A stretch of DNA of 64,000 nucleotides from Clostridiales bacterium. GTDB taxonomy: Bacteria; Bacillota; Clostridia; Lachnospirales; Lachnospiraceae. Shown piece after piece: positions 47,268 through 56,862 of this stretch. The DNA is taken from contig JALFSR010000015.1 in NCBI GenBank assembly GCA_022778745.1, forward strand, positions 18,665 to 82,664. The letters run 5' to 3'. Position 1 is the stretch's first letter. The number at the start of each line of letters is the position of its first letter. Position numbers and translations under genes: made by a program. Below the pieces are notes generated by a model that saw only the letters and a program-made list of their open reading frames with translations, had not been told where the DNA came from and did not search any database.

Positions 47268-49202
47268 ATGTATAAAAATAATAAATGGAAAAGAAGTATG
47301 GCTGTTTTAATGGTTGGTGTTATGGTATCTTCTCAGACAGCTATGCTAGTTTGTGCAGCAGCTTCAGAAAAGGAGTCAGTGACTGTTTCTCAAGGGGAGA
47401 AAACAAAATCTGAAGATACAAAGGAGACGACGTCAAAAGAAAAAGAAACTGCATCAAAAGAAGAAAATAAGAATAAAGGAAATACGAAAAAAGAAGAAGT
47501 TGTCTATGCAAATTTGGATGCAGATGGAGAAGCAACAGGCGTTTATGTTGTGAATATTTTTCGAGATGCAGAGGAAATTACTGATTATGGAGATTATACG
47601 AGTATACGTAATATGAATACAACCGACAATCTGACAAAAGAAAATGATAAAATTACAGCAAAGACGAATCAGAAATCTCTCTTTTATGAAGGAACATTAG
47701 AAAAATATGAAATTCCGTGGAATATTTCTGTACAATATGAGATAGATAAAAAAACATATTCTGCTCAGGAAATGGCGGGAAAATCAGGAAAGCTGAATAT
47801 GAAGCTGAATATTAAGCCAAATAAAAAAGCAAAAGAGGAGTTTAGAAAAGGATATACATTGCAGATTACAATGTTGATGGATGGAGATCATTGGGACAAT
47901 ATAAAGTCAGACGGAGCAACTGTTGCAAATATAGGAAAAGATACGCAATTGACGTATATTATTTTCCCAAATGAGACAAAGACGATTCAAGTGAGTGCAA
48001 ATGTAACAGATTTTGAGATGAATGCCATTGCGGTTAATGGAGTAAAAATGGAGCTTGGAATTGATGCTGACAGTTTGGAAAGTGATGAATTAAAAAATAG
48101 AGTAAAAGAACTTCAAGATGGAGTGACAAAGCTGAATGACGGAGCAAAACCAGTCAATGATGGAAGCCATACATTGCAGACTGGTGCTGCAAAAGTACAG
48201 GAGGGAATTGCATCGTTGCAAAATGGTTTAAATCAGCTCAATGCAAATTCTGCATCATTAGTAAATGGATCAAATGAAGTGAATCAGGCGTTGCAGACAA
48301 TTCAAACTTTGCTGAGTGGAATTGGTGCAGGTCAAAATCCACAAGATCTGGTGACTGCTTCAAGTCAAATTCGAGATGGAATTCAAATGTTGGAAAATAG
48401 TTTGGCAGTATTGAGTAGTTCGGTAAGTTATGAGGGATATAAAGCAGTTTTTGCACAACAGGGAATTGATTTAGATTGGCTGACTGCACAAAATGATCAG
48501 GCAGGTCAGCAGCTGCAGCAGGCAGCTGCATCACTTGCCGGTGTACTGCCGCAGGAACAAGTAGCAATGCTTACAAATATTGGTCAGTTGCTTGCAGCAA
48601 GCAATGGAGTAATTTCTGGAACGAAAACGTATCTTGATACGGCATCTCAAAATATTCAGGCAATTTATAATGGAAGTGCACAGCTCAAGCAATCGTATGA
48701 AACGTATTATAATGTAGTTGCCGCACTTGTTCAAAACTTATCTGGAATGATAGGAAATATGACGGCATTGATGAATGCAATTCAGACACTTGCAGCGCAG
48801 TATACGACATTGAACACAGGAATTGCAAATTATACAGAGAGTGTTGCTATACTTGTAAAAGGATGTAATACACTTGCAGGAGGAATGCAGGAACTTGTAA
48901 ATGGATGTAGTACATTGGCAGATGGAACAAAGCAAGTTTTAGATGGAACAGGAGAATTGAAAAACAAAACAGCAAATTTGGAAAACGAAATGAAAGATAT
49001 GATAGCAAAAGAATTGGATTCTAAGATGGGAAAAGATGTTAAGATCGTTTCCTTTGTGTCCGATAAAAATAAAAATATCAAAAATGTACAGTTTGTCATT
49101 CAGACAAAGGCAATTAAGATGCCAGAAAAAGAAGTGCCAGCAGAAGAGACAGAAGAAAAACAAACTTTCTGGCAGAAGCTGCTGCATTTGTTTGAAAAAT
49201 AA
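47268..49202 (+). CDS. Exported protein with X-X-X-Leu-X-X-Gly heptad repeats (MMPL-associated, YhgE/Pip-like)
   Basis: Signal peptide; KEEVVYANLDADG; repeated L.DG heptads (LQDGVTKLNDG, LADGTKQVLDG); VSFVSDKN..VQFVIQT. Confidence 0.8.
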   Translation: MYKNNKWKRSMAVLMVGVMVSSQTAMLVCAAASEKESVTVSQGEKTKSEDTKETTSKEKETASKEENKNKGNTKKEEVVYANLDADGEATGVYVVNIFRDAEEITDYGDYTSIRNMNTTDNLTKENDKITAKTNQKSLFYEGTLEKYEIPWNISVQYEIDKKTYSAQEMAGKSGKLNMKLNIKPNKKAKEEFRKGYTLQITMLMDGDHWDNIKSDGATVANIGKDTQLTYIIFPNETKTIQVSANVTDFEMNAIAVNGVKMELGIDADSLESDELKNRVKELQDGVTKLNDGAKPVNDGSHTLQTGAAKVQEGIASLQNGLNQLNANSASLVNGSNEVNQALQTIQTLLSGIGAGQNPQDLVTASSQIRDGIQMLENSLAVLSSSVSYEGYKAVFAQQGIDLDWLTAQNDQAGQQLQQAAASLAGVLPQEQVAMLTNIGQLLAASNGVISGTKTYLDTASQNIQAIYNGSAQLKQSYETYYNVVAALVQNLSGMIGNMTALMNAIQTLAAQYTTLNTGIANYTESVAILVKGCNTLAGGMQELVNGCSTLADGTKQVLDGTGELKNKTANLENEMKDMIAKELDSKMGKDVKIVSFVSDKNKNIKNVQFVIQTKAIKMPEKEVPAEETEEKQTFWQKLLHLFEK

Positions 49203-49230
49203 AAAAGATATAAAGAAAGGAAGGGATAGT

Positions 49231-49833
49231 ATGGCAAAACATATTATTACAATTGGGCGAGAATTTGGCAGCGGAGGACGAGAAATCGGAAAAACGCTTG
49301 CGAAAGAATTAGGTGTAGAATGTTATGACAGCCGTTTGATTGAGATGGCAGCGGAATATGGAGAGATTGATATTTCTATATTCAGAAATGTAGAAGAAAA
49401 GAAAGCAAATAGCCTTCTTTATACGATTCATCATGATTTGGCAAATGAAAAGACAGGATATGGACTTCCATTGAATGATATGTTGTTTAATCTTCAGTCA
49501 GAAGTAATTCGTCAGCTTGCAGAACGAGAGTCGTGTATTTTGATTGGTCGTTGTGCAGATTATATTTTGGCAGGAAGAAAATATGTACATTCGGTATTTA
49601 TTCATGCAGATATGGAAGCCCGTATCAAACGAATTATGCAAAAATATGAAATTTCACAAAAAGAAGCAGTATCTATGATAAAGAAAAAAGATAAAGCGAG
49701 AAGTAGTTATTATAACTTCTTTACAAACCGCCGTTGGGGAGAAAAGGAAAGTTATGATCTGACAATTAACAGCAACGTCCTCGGTATAGACCAAAGTATA
49801 CAAGTATTAAAAACATTATTTTCACTTGCATAA
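49231..49833 (+). CDS. Cytidylate kinase-like family protein
   Basis: IITIGREFGSGGREIG, LIGRCADYIL, YYNFFT..WG...YDL.INS. Confidence 0.9.
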   Translation: MAKHIITIGREFGSGGREIGKTLAKELGVECYDSRLIEMAAEYGEIDISIFRNVEEKKANSLLYTIHHDLANEKTGYGLPLNDMLFNLQSEVIRQLAERESCILIGRCADYILAGRKYVHSVFIHADMEARIKRIMQKYEISQKEAVSMIKKKDKARSSYYNFFTNRRWGEKESYDLTINSNVLGIDQSIQVLKTLFSLA

Positions 49834-49888
49834 TATTGAAAAAATGGTATAATAGTCTCGATTCATATAAAAAATCGGAGGATGTATC

Positions 49889-50917
49889 ATGACAAAATTA
49901 AAGCGTAATGCAGTAATTGGATTAGTTTTATGTAGTGTATTAGCTCTTGGCGGCTGTGGTAATGCGAATAATGAACAATCAAGTACAACACCATCTGTTT
50001 CAAGTGATAGTGCAGCAGCGGCAGAAAGCACGACATCGTCATCAGAATCTGCATCTCAATCTGCATCAGAATTGACACCACAAGAGACGCCATCAACAGA
50101 GTTTGTGTCAGACTCATCAACACCAGCACCGGCAGAGTCTGTATCAGAATCGTCAATACAAGCAGAAACTCCACCATCCACTCCAGCAGTGGATAAGTCT
50201 TATTTAAATAATATTCCAGCTCTTCCAAACAAAAGCGGAGGATGCGGATTTTCAGCAGCAAACGGAAGAGACAGTAAAAACGTGCCAAACGATATGTATT
50301 GGTATGTAAAGAAGTATGGAAAATATAATGCTGATTTTCTTCAGGATACAAATAAAAATGTCATTTATTTAACGATGGATGAAGGATATGAAGCGGGTTA
50401 TACTCCGACGATTTTGGATACATTAAAAGAGAAAAATGTAAAAGCGGTATTTTTCTTAACAAAACAGTTTATTGACAGTGATCCGCAGTTAGTACAGCGT
50501 ATGATCGATGAAGGTCATGTGATTGGTAATCATACAGTTTCTCATAAAGCGATGCCAACATTATCATTGGAGCAGCAGACAGCAGAGATTACTACAATTA
50601 ACAATATAATAAAAGATCAGTTTGGATATGACGTAAAACTGTTCCGTTTTCCAGAAGGAGAATTCAGTGAACAGTCGCTTGCTTTAGCTGAAAGTCTTGG
50701 TATGCGTAGTGTATTTTGGAGTTTTGCACATAAAGACTTTGATAGAGAAGCACAGCCAGATCCGACAGCAAGCCTTCAAAAGTGCTTGAACGAAGTGCAT
50801 CCAGGAGCAATTTATTTGTTACATGCAGTATCATCTACAAACACACAAATTCTTGGAGATTTTATTGATGGAGTAAGAGCAAAAGGATTTGAGTTTGGAG
50901 TATATCCAGTACAATAA
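49889..50917 (+). CDS. Lipoprotein polysaccharide deacetylase (PdaA-like, CE4)
   Basis: Lipobox LGGC, S/T/P/E linker, YLTMDEGYEAGYT, GNHTVSH, FRFPEG, GAIYLLHAVS. Confidence 0.88.
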   Translation: MTKLKRNAVIGLVLCSVLALGGCGNANNEQSSTTPSVSSDSAAAAESTTSSSESASQSASELTPQETPSTEFVSDSSTPAPAESVSESSIQAETPPSTPAVDKSYLNNIPALPNKSGGCGFSAANGRDSKNVPNDMYWYVKKYGKYNADFLQDTNKNVIYLTMDEGYEAGYTPTILDTLKEKNVKAVFFLTKQFIDSDPQLVQRMIDEGHVIGNHTVSHKAMPTLSLEQQTAEITTINNIIKDQFGYDVKLFRFPEGEFSEQSLALAESLGMRSVFWSFAHKDFDREAQPDPTASLQKCLNEVHPGAIYLLHAVSSTNTQILGDFIDGVRAKGFEFGVYPVQ

Positions 50918-50949
50918 TCAGTGAACATTATAAAAGCAAATAAATGAAT

Positions 50950-50998
50950 AAGAAAGAAACCAAACTGATTGAATCAGAGTTGGTTTCTTTCTTTTTTT
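50950..50998 (+). terminator. Intrinsic terminator after the deacetylase gene
   Basis: AAGAAAGAAACCAA/TTGGTTTCTTTCTT stem followed by a T run. Confidence 0.75.
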
Positions 50999-51300
50999 CT
51001 GTAAACACGGAATAGTATTGTATACATTGCCAATTGTGTATTGCTTTATTTTGCGATAAATGTATAAAAACTATTATTTACTAATAAGAAAAACTATAAT
51101 ATTTTGTATTAGTAAAAAAATATAGAATTATAATAAAAAGTCAAAAAATAACCCCAAATCTTAGATAAAATACATAAAAGGATAATAAAGACAAGTGGAT
51201 ATTATGTTGATGTGGTAAAAATAGAAAAAATATGTATGTAAATTTGTACAATAATATAGGAGGAAAACATAAAATAGATGGAAATATTGACACAATAGGA

Positions 51301-51329
51301 TTGACAAATAAACAAAATCAATGTACTAT
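51301..51329 (+). promoter_or_regulatory. Sigma-A promoter of the rnf operon
   Basis: TTGACA-17 bp-TACTAT about 100 bp upstream of rnfC. Confidence 0.7.
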
Positions 51330-51426
51330 TTATAGTAGGGTATTCGATGGTGGAGAAGTCAGGATAATACCTTTTCCACATATAATCTGGATAGCCGCAA
51401 AAATAAAGAAAAGGACCTGGTGTTTT

Positions 51427-52752
51427 ATGAAAAAACGAACATTTAAAGGGGGCATCCATCCATACGACGGAAAAGAACTAACAAAGAATGTTCCAGTAGA
51501 AACTGTGACGCCGCATGGCGATATGATCTTCCCATTGTCCCAACATATCGGGGCACCTGCGAAACCTTTAGTAAAAAAAGGCGATTACGTGAAGATGGGT
51601 CAGATCATTGCGGAAGCCGGAGGATTTATTTCTGCTAACATAGTTAGTTCTGTGTCAGGAACAGTAAAGACAATTGAGCCACGACTTGTAGCATCTGGTG
51701 CGATGGTAAATTCTATTGTTATCACGAATGACGAGACTGACACTGCAGTAGATGGATTTGGCAAAGACAGAGATTATACAAAGTTGTCAAAGGCAGAGAT
51801 CCGTCAAATTGTAAAAGATGCAGGTATTGTTGGTCTTGGAGGAGCTGGATTCCCAACTCATGTAAAGCTTGCACCAAAGAATGAAGAGCAAATTGATTAT
51901 GTTATTGTGAATGGTGCAGAATGTGAACCATATCTGACATCTGATTACCGCATGATGATGGAAGAGCCAGAAAGAATTATTGGAGGATTAAAAGTAATTC
52001 TTCGCTTATTTGACAATGCAAAAGGTGTAATTGGAATTGAAGACAATAAACCAGAAGCCATTCGTTTAATTAGTGAGATGGTGGAAGACGAAGATAATAT
52101 TGAAGTTTATCCACTGAAGACAAAGTATCCGCAAGGTGCAGAGCGTACATTAATTTATGCAGTATCTGGAAGAGAGATCAATTCAACGATGCTTCCTGCT
52201 GATGCAGGCTGTATTGTTGACAATATTGATACAGTAATTTCTATTTATATGGCAGTCTGCAAATCAACACCTCTGATTCGCCGTATTGTAACAGTAACAG
52301 GAGATGCTGTAGAAAATCCTCATAATTTCAATGCAAGAATAGGTATGAATTATTTGGATTTATTAGAGGCAGCAGGTGGATTAAAAGAAAATCCAGAAAA
52401 GATTGTATCTGGTGGACCAATGATGGGTATGGCATTATCAACAGTTGATATTCCTGTTATTAAGACATCATCGGCATTACTTTGCATGACACATGATGAA
52501 GTAGCAGAGTTTGAGCCAAGTGCATGTATTCGCTGCGGCAGATGTGTAGAAGTATGCCCAGGACATGTTGTTCCACAGAAACTGATGGAGTTTGCAGAAG
52601 TACATGATATCGAGGGATTTGAAGCAAACTTTGGTATGGAATGCTGTGAGTGCGGATGCTGTGCATATGTATGTCCAGCAAAGCGTCCATTGACACAGGC
52701 ATTTAAGCAGGCTCGAAAAGCAGTAATGGAGAAGCGGCGCAGAAAAGCGTAA
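51427..52752 (+). CDS. rnfC: Rnf complex subunit C
   Basis: TFKGGIHP, QHIGAPA, GLGGAGFPTHVK, NGAECEPYLT, KYPQGAE, CIRCGRCVEVCP, CCECGCCAYVCP. Confidence 0.95.
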   Translation: MKKRTFKGGIHPYDGKELTKNVPVETVTPHGDMIFPLSQHIGAPAKPLVKKGDYVKMGQIIAEAGGFISANIVSSVSGTVKTIEPRLVASGAMVNSIVITNDETDTAVDGFGKDRDYTKLSKAEIRQIVKDAGIVGLGGAGFPTHVKLAPKNEEQIDYVIVNGAECEPYLTSDYRMMMEEPERIIGGLKVILRLFDNAKGVIGIEDNKPEAIRLISEMVEDEDNIEVYPLKTKYPQGAERTLIYAVSGREINSTMLPADAGCIVDNIDTVISIYMAVCKSTPLIRRIVTVTGDAVENPHNFNARIGMNYLDLLEAAGGLKENPEKIVSGGPMMGMALSTVDIPVIKTSSALLCMTHDEVAEFEPSACIRCGRCVEVCPGHVVPQKLMEFAEVHDIEGFEANFGMECCECGCCAYVCPAKRPLTQAFKQARKAVMEKRRRKA

Positions 52753-52776
52753 TAAGCATAGAAAAGAGGTAACATT

Positions 52777-54567
52777 GTGAGTGATTTTTTAAATGTATCA
52801 TCATCACCACATGGCAGAAGCGGAGATACGACAAGCAGCATTATGTTTGATGTTGCTATTGCACTTGTCCCTGCAACTGCTTTTGGTATTTACTGGTTTA
52901 AGCTTCCAGCAGTTATTATTATTTTACTTTCGGTTATTACCGCATTATTGACAGAATTTTTATTCCAGAAAGTAACACATCAGAAAGTAACAATCGCAGA
53001 TGGAAGTGCATTAGTAACTGGTTTATTATTGGCATTGAATCTTTCACCAGAAGTTCCGTGGTGGATGCCAATTATTGGTAGTGTATTTGCAATTCTGTTT
53101 GTAAAGCAGCTGTTTGGTGGTTTAGGACAGAACTTTATGAATCCAGCACTTGCTGCCAGATGTTTCTTATTAATTTCATTTGCTGGAAAAATGAGCACAT
53201 TTGCTGTTGATGGTGTTACAGGTGCAACTCCATTGGCAGAGTTAAAGGCTGGAAATCCAGTAAATGTAGTAGATATGTTCCTTGGTTTTACTGGAGGTAC
53301 GATCGGTGAAGTATCTACATTAGCGATTTTAATTGGAGCCATTTATCTTGTACTTCGTAAAGTAATTACTCTTTGGATTCCAATTTCATACATAGTGACA
53401 TTTGCCGTATTTGTATTATTATTTGGCGGTGAAGGTTTCAATATGCCATTTTTAGCTGCACAGTTATGCGGCGGCGGTTTAATGTTAGGTGCATTTTTCA
53501 TGGCGACAGATTATGTTACAAGCCCAATTACAAAGAAGGGTAAAGTTGTATTTGGTATGTTGCTTGGTGTTTTGACAGGTGTATTTCGTCTGTTTGGACC
53601 ATCTGCAGAAGGTGTATCATATGCAATTATTTTAGGTAATATTACAGTGCCATTGATTGAACGTGTAACAATGCCAACTGCATTCGGATATGGAAAGAGA
53701 AAAGGACTTCCACAAAAGAAACAAAAAGGATCTGTAAAGCAGATCGATGCAGTGAAGTTATTTGTTATTACATTGCTTGCAGGTTTAATTTTAGGTGGTG
53801 TATATCAAGTTACAAAGACAGTAATTGAAGAAAATGAAAATAAAGCAAAGGTTGCAGCATATCAGCAAGTTTGTCCAGGTGCAGTTGATTTTGTAGAAAC
53901 AGATTCATTTAAACAGATGCTTCCAAAGGCAAATAGTTCCGATATGTTTGCAGATGGAACACTTGGCAATGTACTGATCAATGAAGCTCTTATGGGAGTT
54001 GACGCAGCTGGAAATCAAGTTGGATATGTTGTGAATGCATCAAGTAAAGATGGATTTGGCGGCGAAATTATTTTAACCGTTGGATTTGATGCACAGTTAA
54101 AAGTAAAAGGTATTCAGATCATGACAATCAATGAGACAGCTGGTCTTGGTATGAAAGCAAAAGAGCCAGAATTTATGAATCAGTTTAAAGATAAGCTTGT
54201 AGAGCAGTTTGCAGTAACAAAGATAGGTGCTCAGACAGAAAGTGATATTAATGCATTAAGTGGAGCTACTATTACATCAAAGGCAGTGACTGGTGCAGTG
54301 AATGCAGCATTGAAGTTTATTCATACGGCAGTTGTGCCAGGAAGTGTTCCAGTAATTCCAGTAGTTCCAGAGCAAGTAAATCCATCAGATGCTTTGCCAT
54401 CTAATGTTGTGCCATCAGACGTTGTACCATCAGATGTTGTACCATCTGTGAGTGATCCAGTAGCCCCAACACCAGATTCTTCTGTACCTGTAACAGTAGA
54501 ATCAACACCAGCTCCTTCTGAGGCAGTAATCCAACAATCTGTGCCAGTAGAAGCACCAATACAATAA
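52777..54567 (+). CDS. rnfDG: Fused RnfD-RnfG protein with Pro/Val/Ser-rich tail
   Basis: About the first 310 aa are RnfD (SSSPH, FGGLGQNFMNPA, DGVTGATPL, FFMATDYVTSP); basic linker; then RnfG (TM, GFGGEI, ETAGLG, DINALSGATITS). There is no stop between them. Confidence 0.9.
   Translation: MSDFLNVSSSPHGRSGDTTSSIMFDVAIALVPATAFGIYWFKLPAVIIILLSVITALLTEFLFQKVTHQKVTIADGSALVTGLLLALNLSPEVPWWMPIIGSVFAILFVKQLFGGLGQNFMNPALAARCFLLISFAGKMSTFAVDGVTGATPLAELKAGNPVNVVDMFLGFTGGTIGEVSTLAILIGAIYLVLRKVITLWIPISYIVTFAVFVLLFGGEGFNMPFLAAQLCGGGLMLGAFFMATDYVTSPITKKGKVVFGMLLGVLTGVFRLFGPSAEGVSYAIILGNITVPLIERVTMPTAFGYGKRKGLPQKKQKGSVKQIDAVKLFVITLLAGLILGGVYQVTKTVIEENENKAKVAAYQQVCPGAVDFVETDSFKQMLPKANSSDMFADGTLGNVLINEALMGVDAAGNQVGYVVNASSKDGFGGEIILTVGFDAQLKVKGIQIMTINETAGLGMKAKEPEFMNQFKDKLVEQFAVTKIGAQTESDINALSGATITSKAVTGAVNAALKFIHTAVVPGSVPVIPVVPEQVNPSDALPSNVVPSDVVPSDVVPSVSDPVAPTPDSSVPVTVESTPAPSEAVIQQSVPVEAPIQ
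54382..54450 (+). repeat. 15-bp coding tandem repeat (PSDVV-like) in the RnfG tail
   Basis: ccatcagat gctttg / ccatctaat gttgtg / ccatcagac gttgta / ccatcagat gttgta / ccatctgtg. Confidence 0.8.
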
Positions 54568-54579
54568 GGAGGTGGGAAT

Positions 54580-55380
54580 ATGAATAAATATATTGAACGT
54601 ATTTATAATGGTGTTGCAAAAGAAAATCCTACCTTTGTCTTAATGCTTGGTATGTGTCCTACTCTCGCAGTAACGACATCTGCGATTAACGGTTTAGGTA
54701 TGGGTGTTTCCACAATGGTCGTATTGATTTGTTCAAACTTAATTATTTCTATTTTAAGAAATATTATTCCAGAAAAAGTAAGAATTCCTGCATATATCGT
54801 TATCGTAGCATCTCTCGTAACAGTTGTTCAGCTGTTAATGCAGGCATATGTGACGACATTGTATGATGCACTTGGAATTTATATTCCGCTGATCGTAGTA
54901 AACTGTATTATTTTAGGTCGTGCAGAATCATTTGCATCTAAAAATCCACCAGTCCTTTCTGCTTTTGATGGTATTGGTATGGGTATCGGTTTTACAATTG
55001 CTTTAACATGTATCGGTTTATTCCGTGAGTTAATCGGTGCAGGTACTGCTTTTGGTATTAAAATTATGCCAGCAGCTTATGAGCCAGTTTCCATTTTTAT
55101 TTTGGCACCTGGAGCATTCCTTGTGTTATCTTTAATTATTGCGTTCTTAAATGCAATGCATATTCATACAGAAGCAAATAAGAAAGTAGAAAAAGGATGC
55201 AGTGGACATTGTGGTTCCTGTTCTTCTGATTGCGATAAGAGAGAAGAAGAAATCGAAGAAGAAGAAAAAGAAGTAGTAGAGACGAAAAAAGAAAAGAAAG
55301 CTGCAGCAAAGAAACTAGTAAAGCCAGCAGCAAAAAAATCAGCTTCTGCAAAGAAGCCGATCAAAAAAGTAGAAGAATAG
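54580..55380 (+). CDS. rnfE: Rnf complex subunit E with Cys-rich and charged C-terminal extension
   Basis: ENPTFVLMLGMCPTLAVT, IPLIVVNCIILGRAE, APGAFL; tail GCSGHCGSCSSDC then E-rich and K/A-rich segments. Confidence 0.93.
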   Translation: MNKYIERIYNGVAKENPTFVLMLGMCPTLAVTTSAINGLGMGVSTMVVLICSNLIISILRNIIPEKVRIPAYIVIVASLVTVVQLLMQAYVTTLYDALGIYIPLIVVNCIILGRAESFASKNPPVLSAFDGIGMGIGFTIALTCIGLFRELIGAGTAFGIKIMPAAYEPVSIFILAPGAFLVLSLIIAFLNAMHIHTEANKKVEKGCSGHCGSCSSDCDKREEEIEEEEKEVVETKKEKKAAAKKLVKPAAKKSASAKKPIKKVEE

Positions 55381-55390
55381 GGGGATTTCC

Positions 55391-55966
55391 ATGAAAGAAT
55401 TGATCTTAGTATTAGTTGGAGCTGCCCTTGTAAATAACGTCGTATTGAGCCAATTTCTTGGTTTATGTCCATTCCTGGGTGTATCCAAGCAGGTAAAAAC
55501 AGCAGCCAGCATGGGTCTTGCCGTTATCTTCGTTATTACGATTGCATCTGCCTGTGCAAGTTTAATCTATTCATTTATTCTTGTTCCGACAGGACTTGAA
55601 TTTTTACAGACAATTGTATTTATTCTTGTAATTGCAGCGTTAGTACAGCTTGTAGAGATGTTTTTAAAGAAAAACAGTCAAGGACTGTATGAGGCATTAG
55701 GTGTATACCTTCCTCTGATTACAACAAACTGTGCAGTATTAGGTGTTGCTTTAACAAATGTACAAAAAGAATATGATTTTGTTACGAGTGTAGTGAATGG
55801 TCTCGGCACAGCAATTGGTTTTACAATTTCTATTGTATTATTAGCTGGTATTCGTGAACGTATTGCTCATAATAATATTATTAAGCCATTCCAGGGTGCG
55901 CCAATTGTGCTTCTGACAGCAGCATTGATGGCAATTGCATTCTTTGGATTCTCAGGATTAATTTAG
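55391..55966 (+). CDS. rnfA: Rnf complex subunit A
   Basis: NNVVLSQFLGLCPFLGVS, YLPLITTNCAVLG. Confidence 0.95.
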   Translation: MKELILVLVGAALVNNVVLSQFLGLCPFLGVSKQVKTAASMGLAVIFVITIASACASLIYSFILVPTGLEFLQTIVFILVIAALVQLVEMFLKKNSQGLYEALGVYLPLITTNCAVLGVALTNVQKEYDFVTSVVNGLGTAIGFTISIVLLAGIRERIAHNNIIKPFQGAPIVLLTAALMAIAFFGFSGLI

Positions 55967-55979
55967 GAGGAAGAAAGAT

Positions 55980-56780
55980 ATGGATATAACAGGTATTGCA
56001 ATAGCTGCCGCCGTAGTCGGTGTTATTGGTCTCATTATCGGACTTCTTCTGGTAGTGGCAGCAGAAAAATTTAAAGTAGAAGTAGATGAAAAAGAAATCG
56101 CAGTTCGTGGAGAACTTCCTGGAAATAACTGTGGCGGTTGTGGATATGCAGGATGTGATGCATTAGCAAAAGCAATTGCGGCAGGAGAAGCAGCTCCAAA
56201 TGCTTGTCCAGTCGGCGGAGCATCAGTAGCAGAAAAAATCAGTGCAATTTTAGGTGTAGAAGCAGGTTCTTCAGAAAAGAAAGTTGCATTTGTAAAATGT
56301 GCAGGTACATGTGGTGTAGCAAAGGAAAAATGCGTTTATACTGGTATTAAAGACTGTAGAGATGCATCTGTTGTACCTGGAAAAGGATCAAAGAGATGTT
56401 CTTATGGATGTATGGGATTTGGTTCTTGTGTGAGCGAATGTCAGTTTGATGCTATTCATATTGTAGACGGTGTGGCGGTTGTTGATCCAGAAAAATGTGT
56501 TGCTTGTGGTAAATGTGCACAGGTTTGTCCAAATCAGTTAATTGATTTAGTTCCATATAGTTCAACTTATCATGTTACATGTAACTCTCAGGATAAAGGT
56601 AAGACAGTAAAAGAAAACTGTTCTGCTGGATGTCTTGGATGTACACTTTGTGTAAAACAATGTCCAAATGCTGCAATCAGCATGGTTGGCAATGTAGCAA
56701 CAATTGATTACAGTAAGTGCGATGGATGTGGTACTTGTGCAGAAAAATGTCCTGCAAAGATTATTCGTCCAAAAAAGTAA
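55980..56780 (+). CDS. rnfB: Rnf complex subunit B
   Basis: LPGNNCGGCGYAGC, CPVGG, several ferredoxin CxxCxxCxxxCP motifs. Confidence 0.95.
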   Translation: MDITGIAIAAAVVGVIGLIIGLLLVVAAEKFKVEVDEKEIAVRGELPGNNCGGCGYAGCDALAKAIAAGEAAPNACPVGGASVAEKISAILGVEAGSSEKKVAFVKCAGTCGVAKEKCVYTGIKDCRDASVVPGKGSKRCSYGCMGFGSCVSECQFDAIHIVDGVAVVDPEKCVACGKCAQVCPNQLIDLVPYSSTYHVTCNSQDKGKTVKENCSAGCLGCTLCVKQCPNAAISMVGNVATIDYSKCDGCGTCAEKCPAKIIRPKK

Positions 56781-56807
56781 TCTAATATAAATGATAAAGT
56801 AGCATAA

Positions 56808-56848
56808 GAAAAAGAACTTTCCAATTATTTTATGGAAAGTTCTTTTTC
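56808..56848. terminator. Bidirectional terminator ending the rnf operon
   Basis: Perfect 16-bp stem GAAAAAGAACTTTCCA/TGGAAAGTTCTTTTTC. Confidence 0.8.
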
Positions 56849-56862
56849 AATTTTTGTATGTA

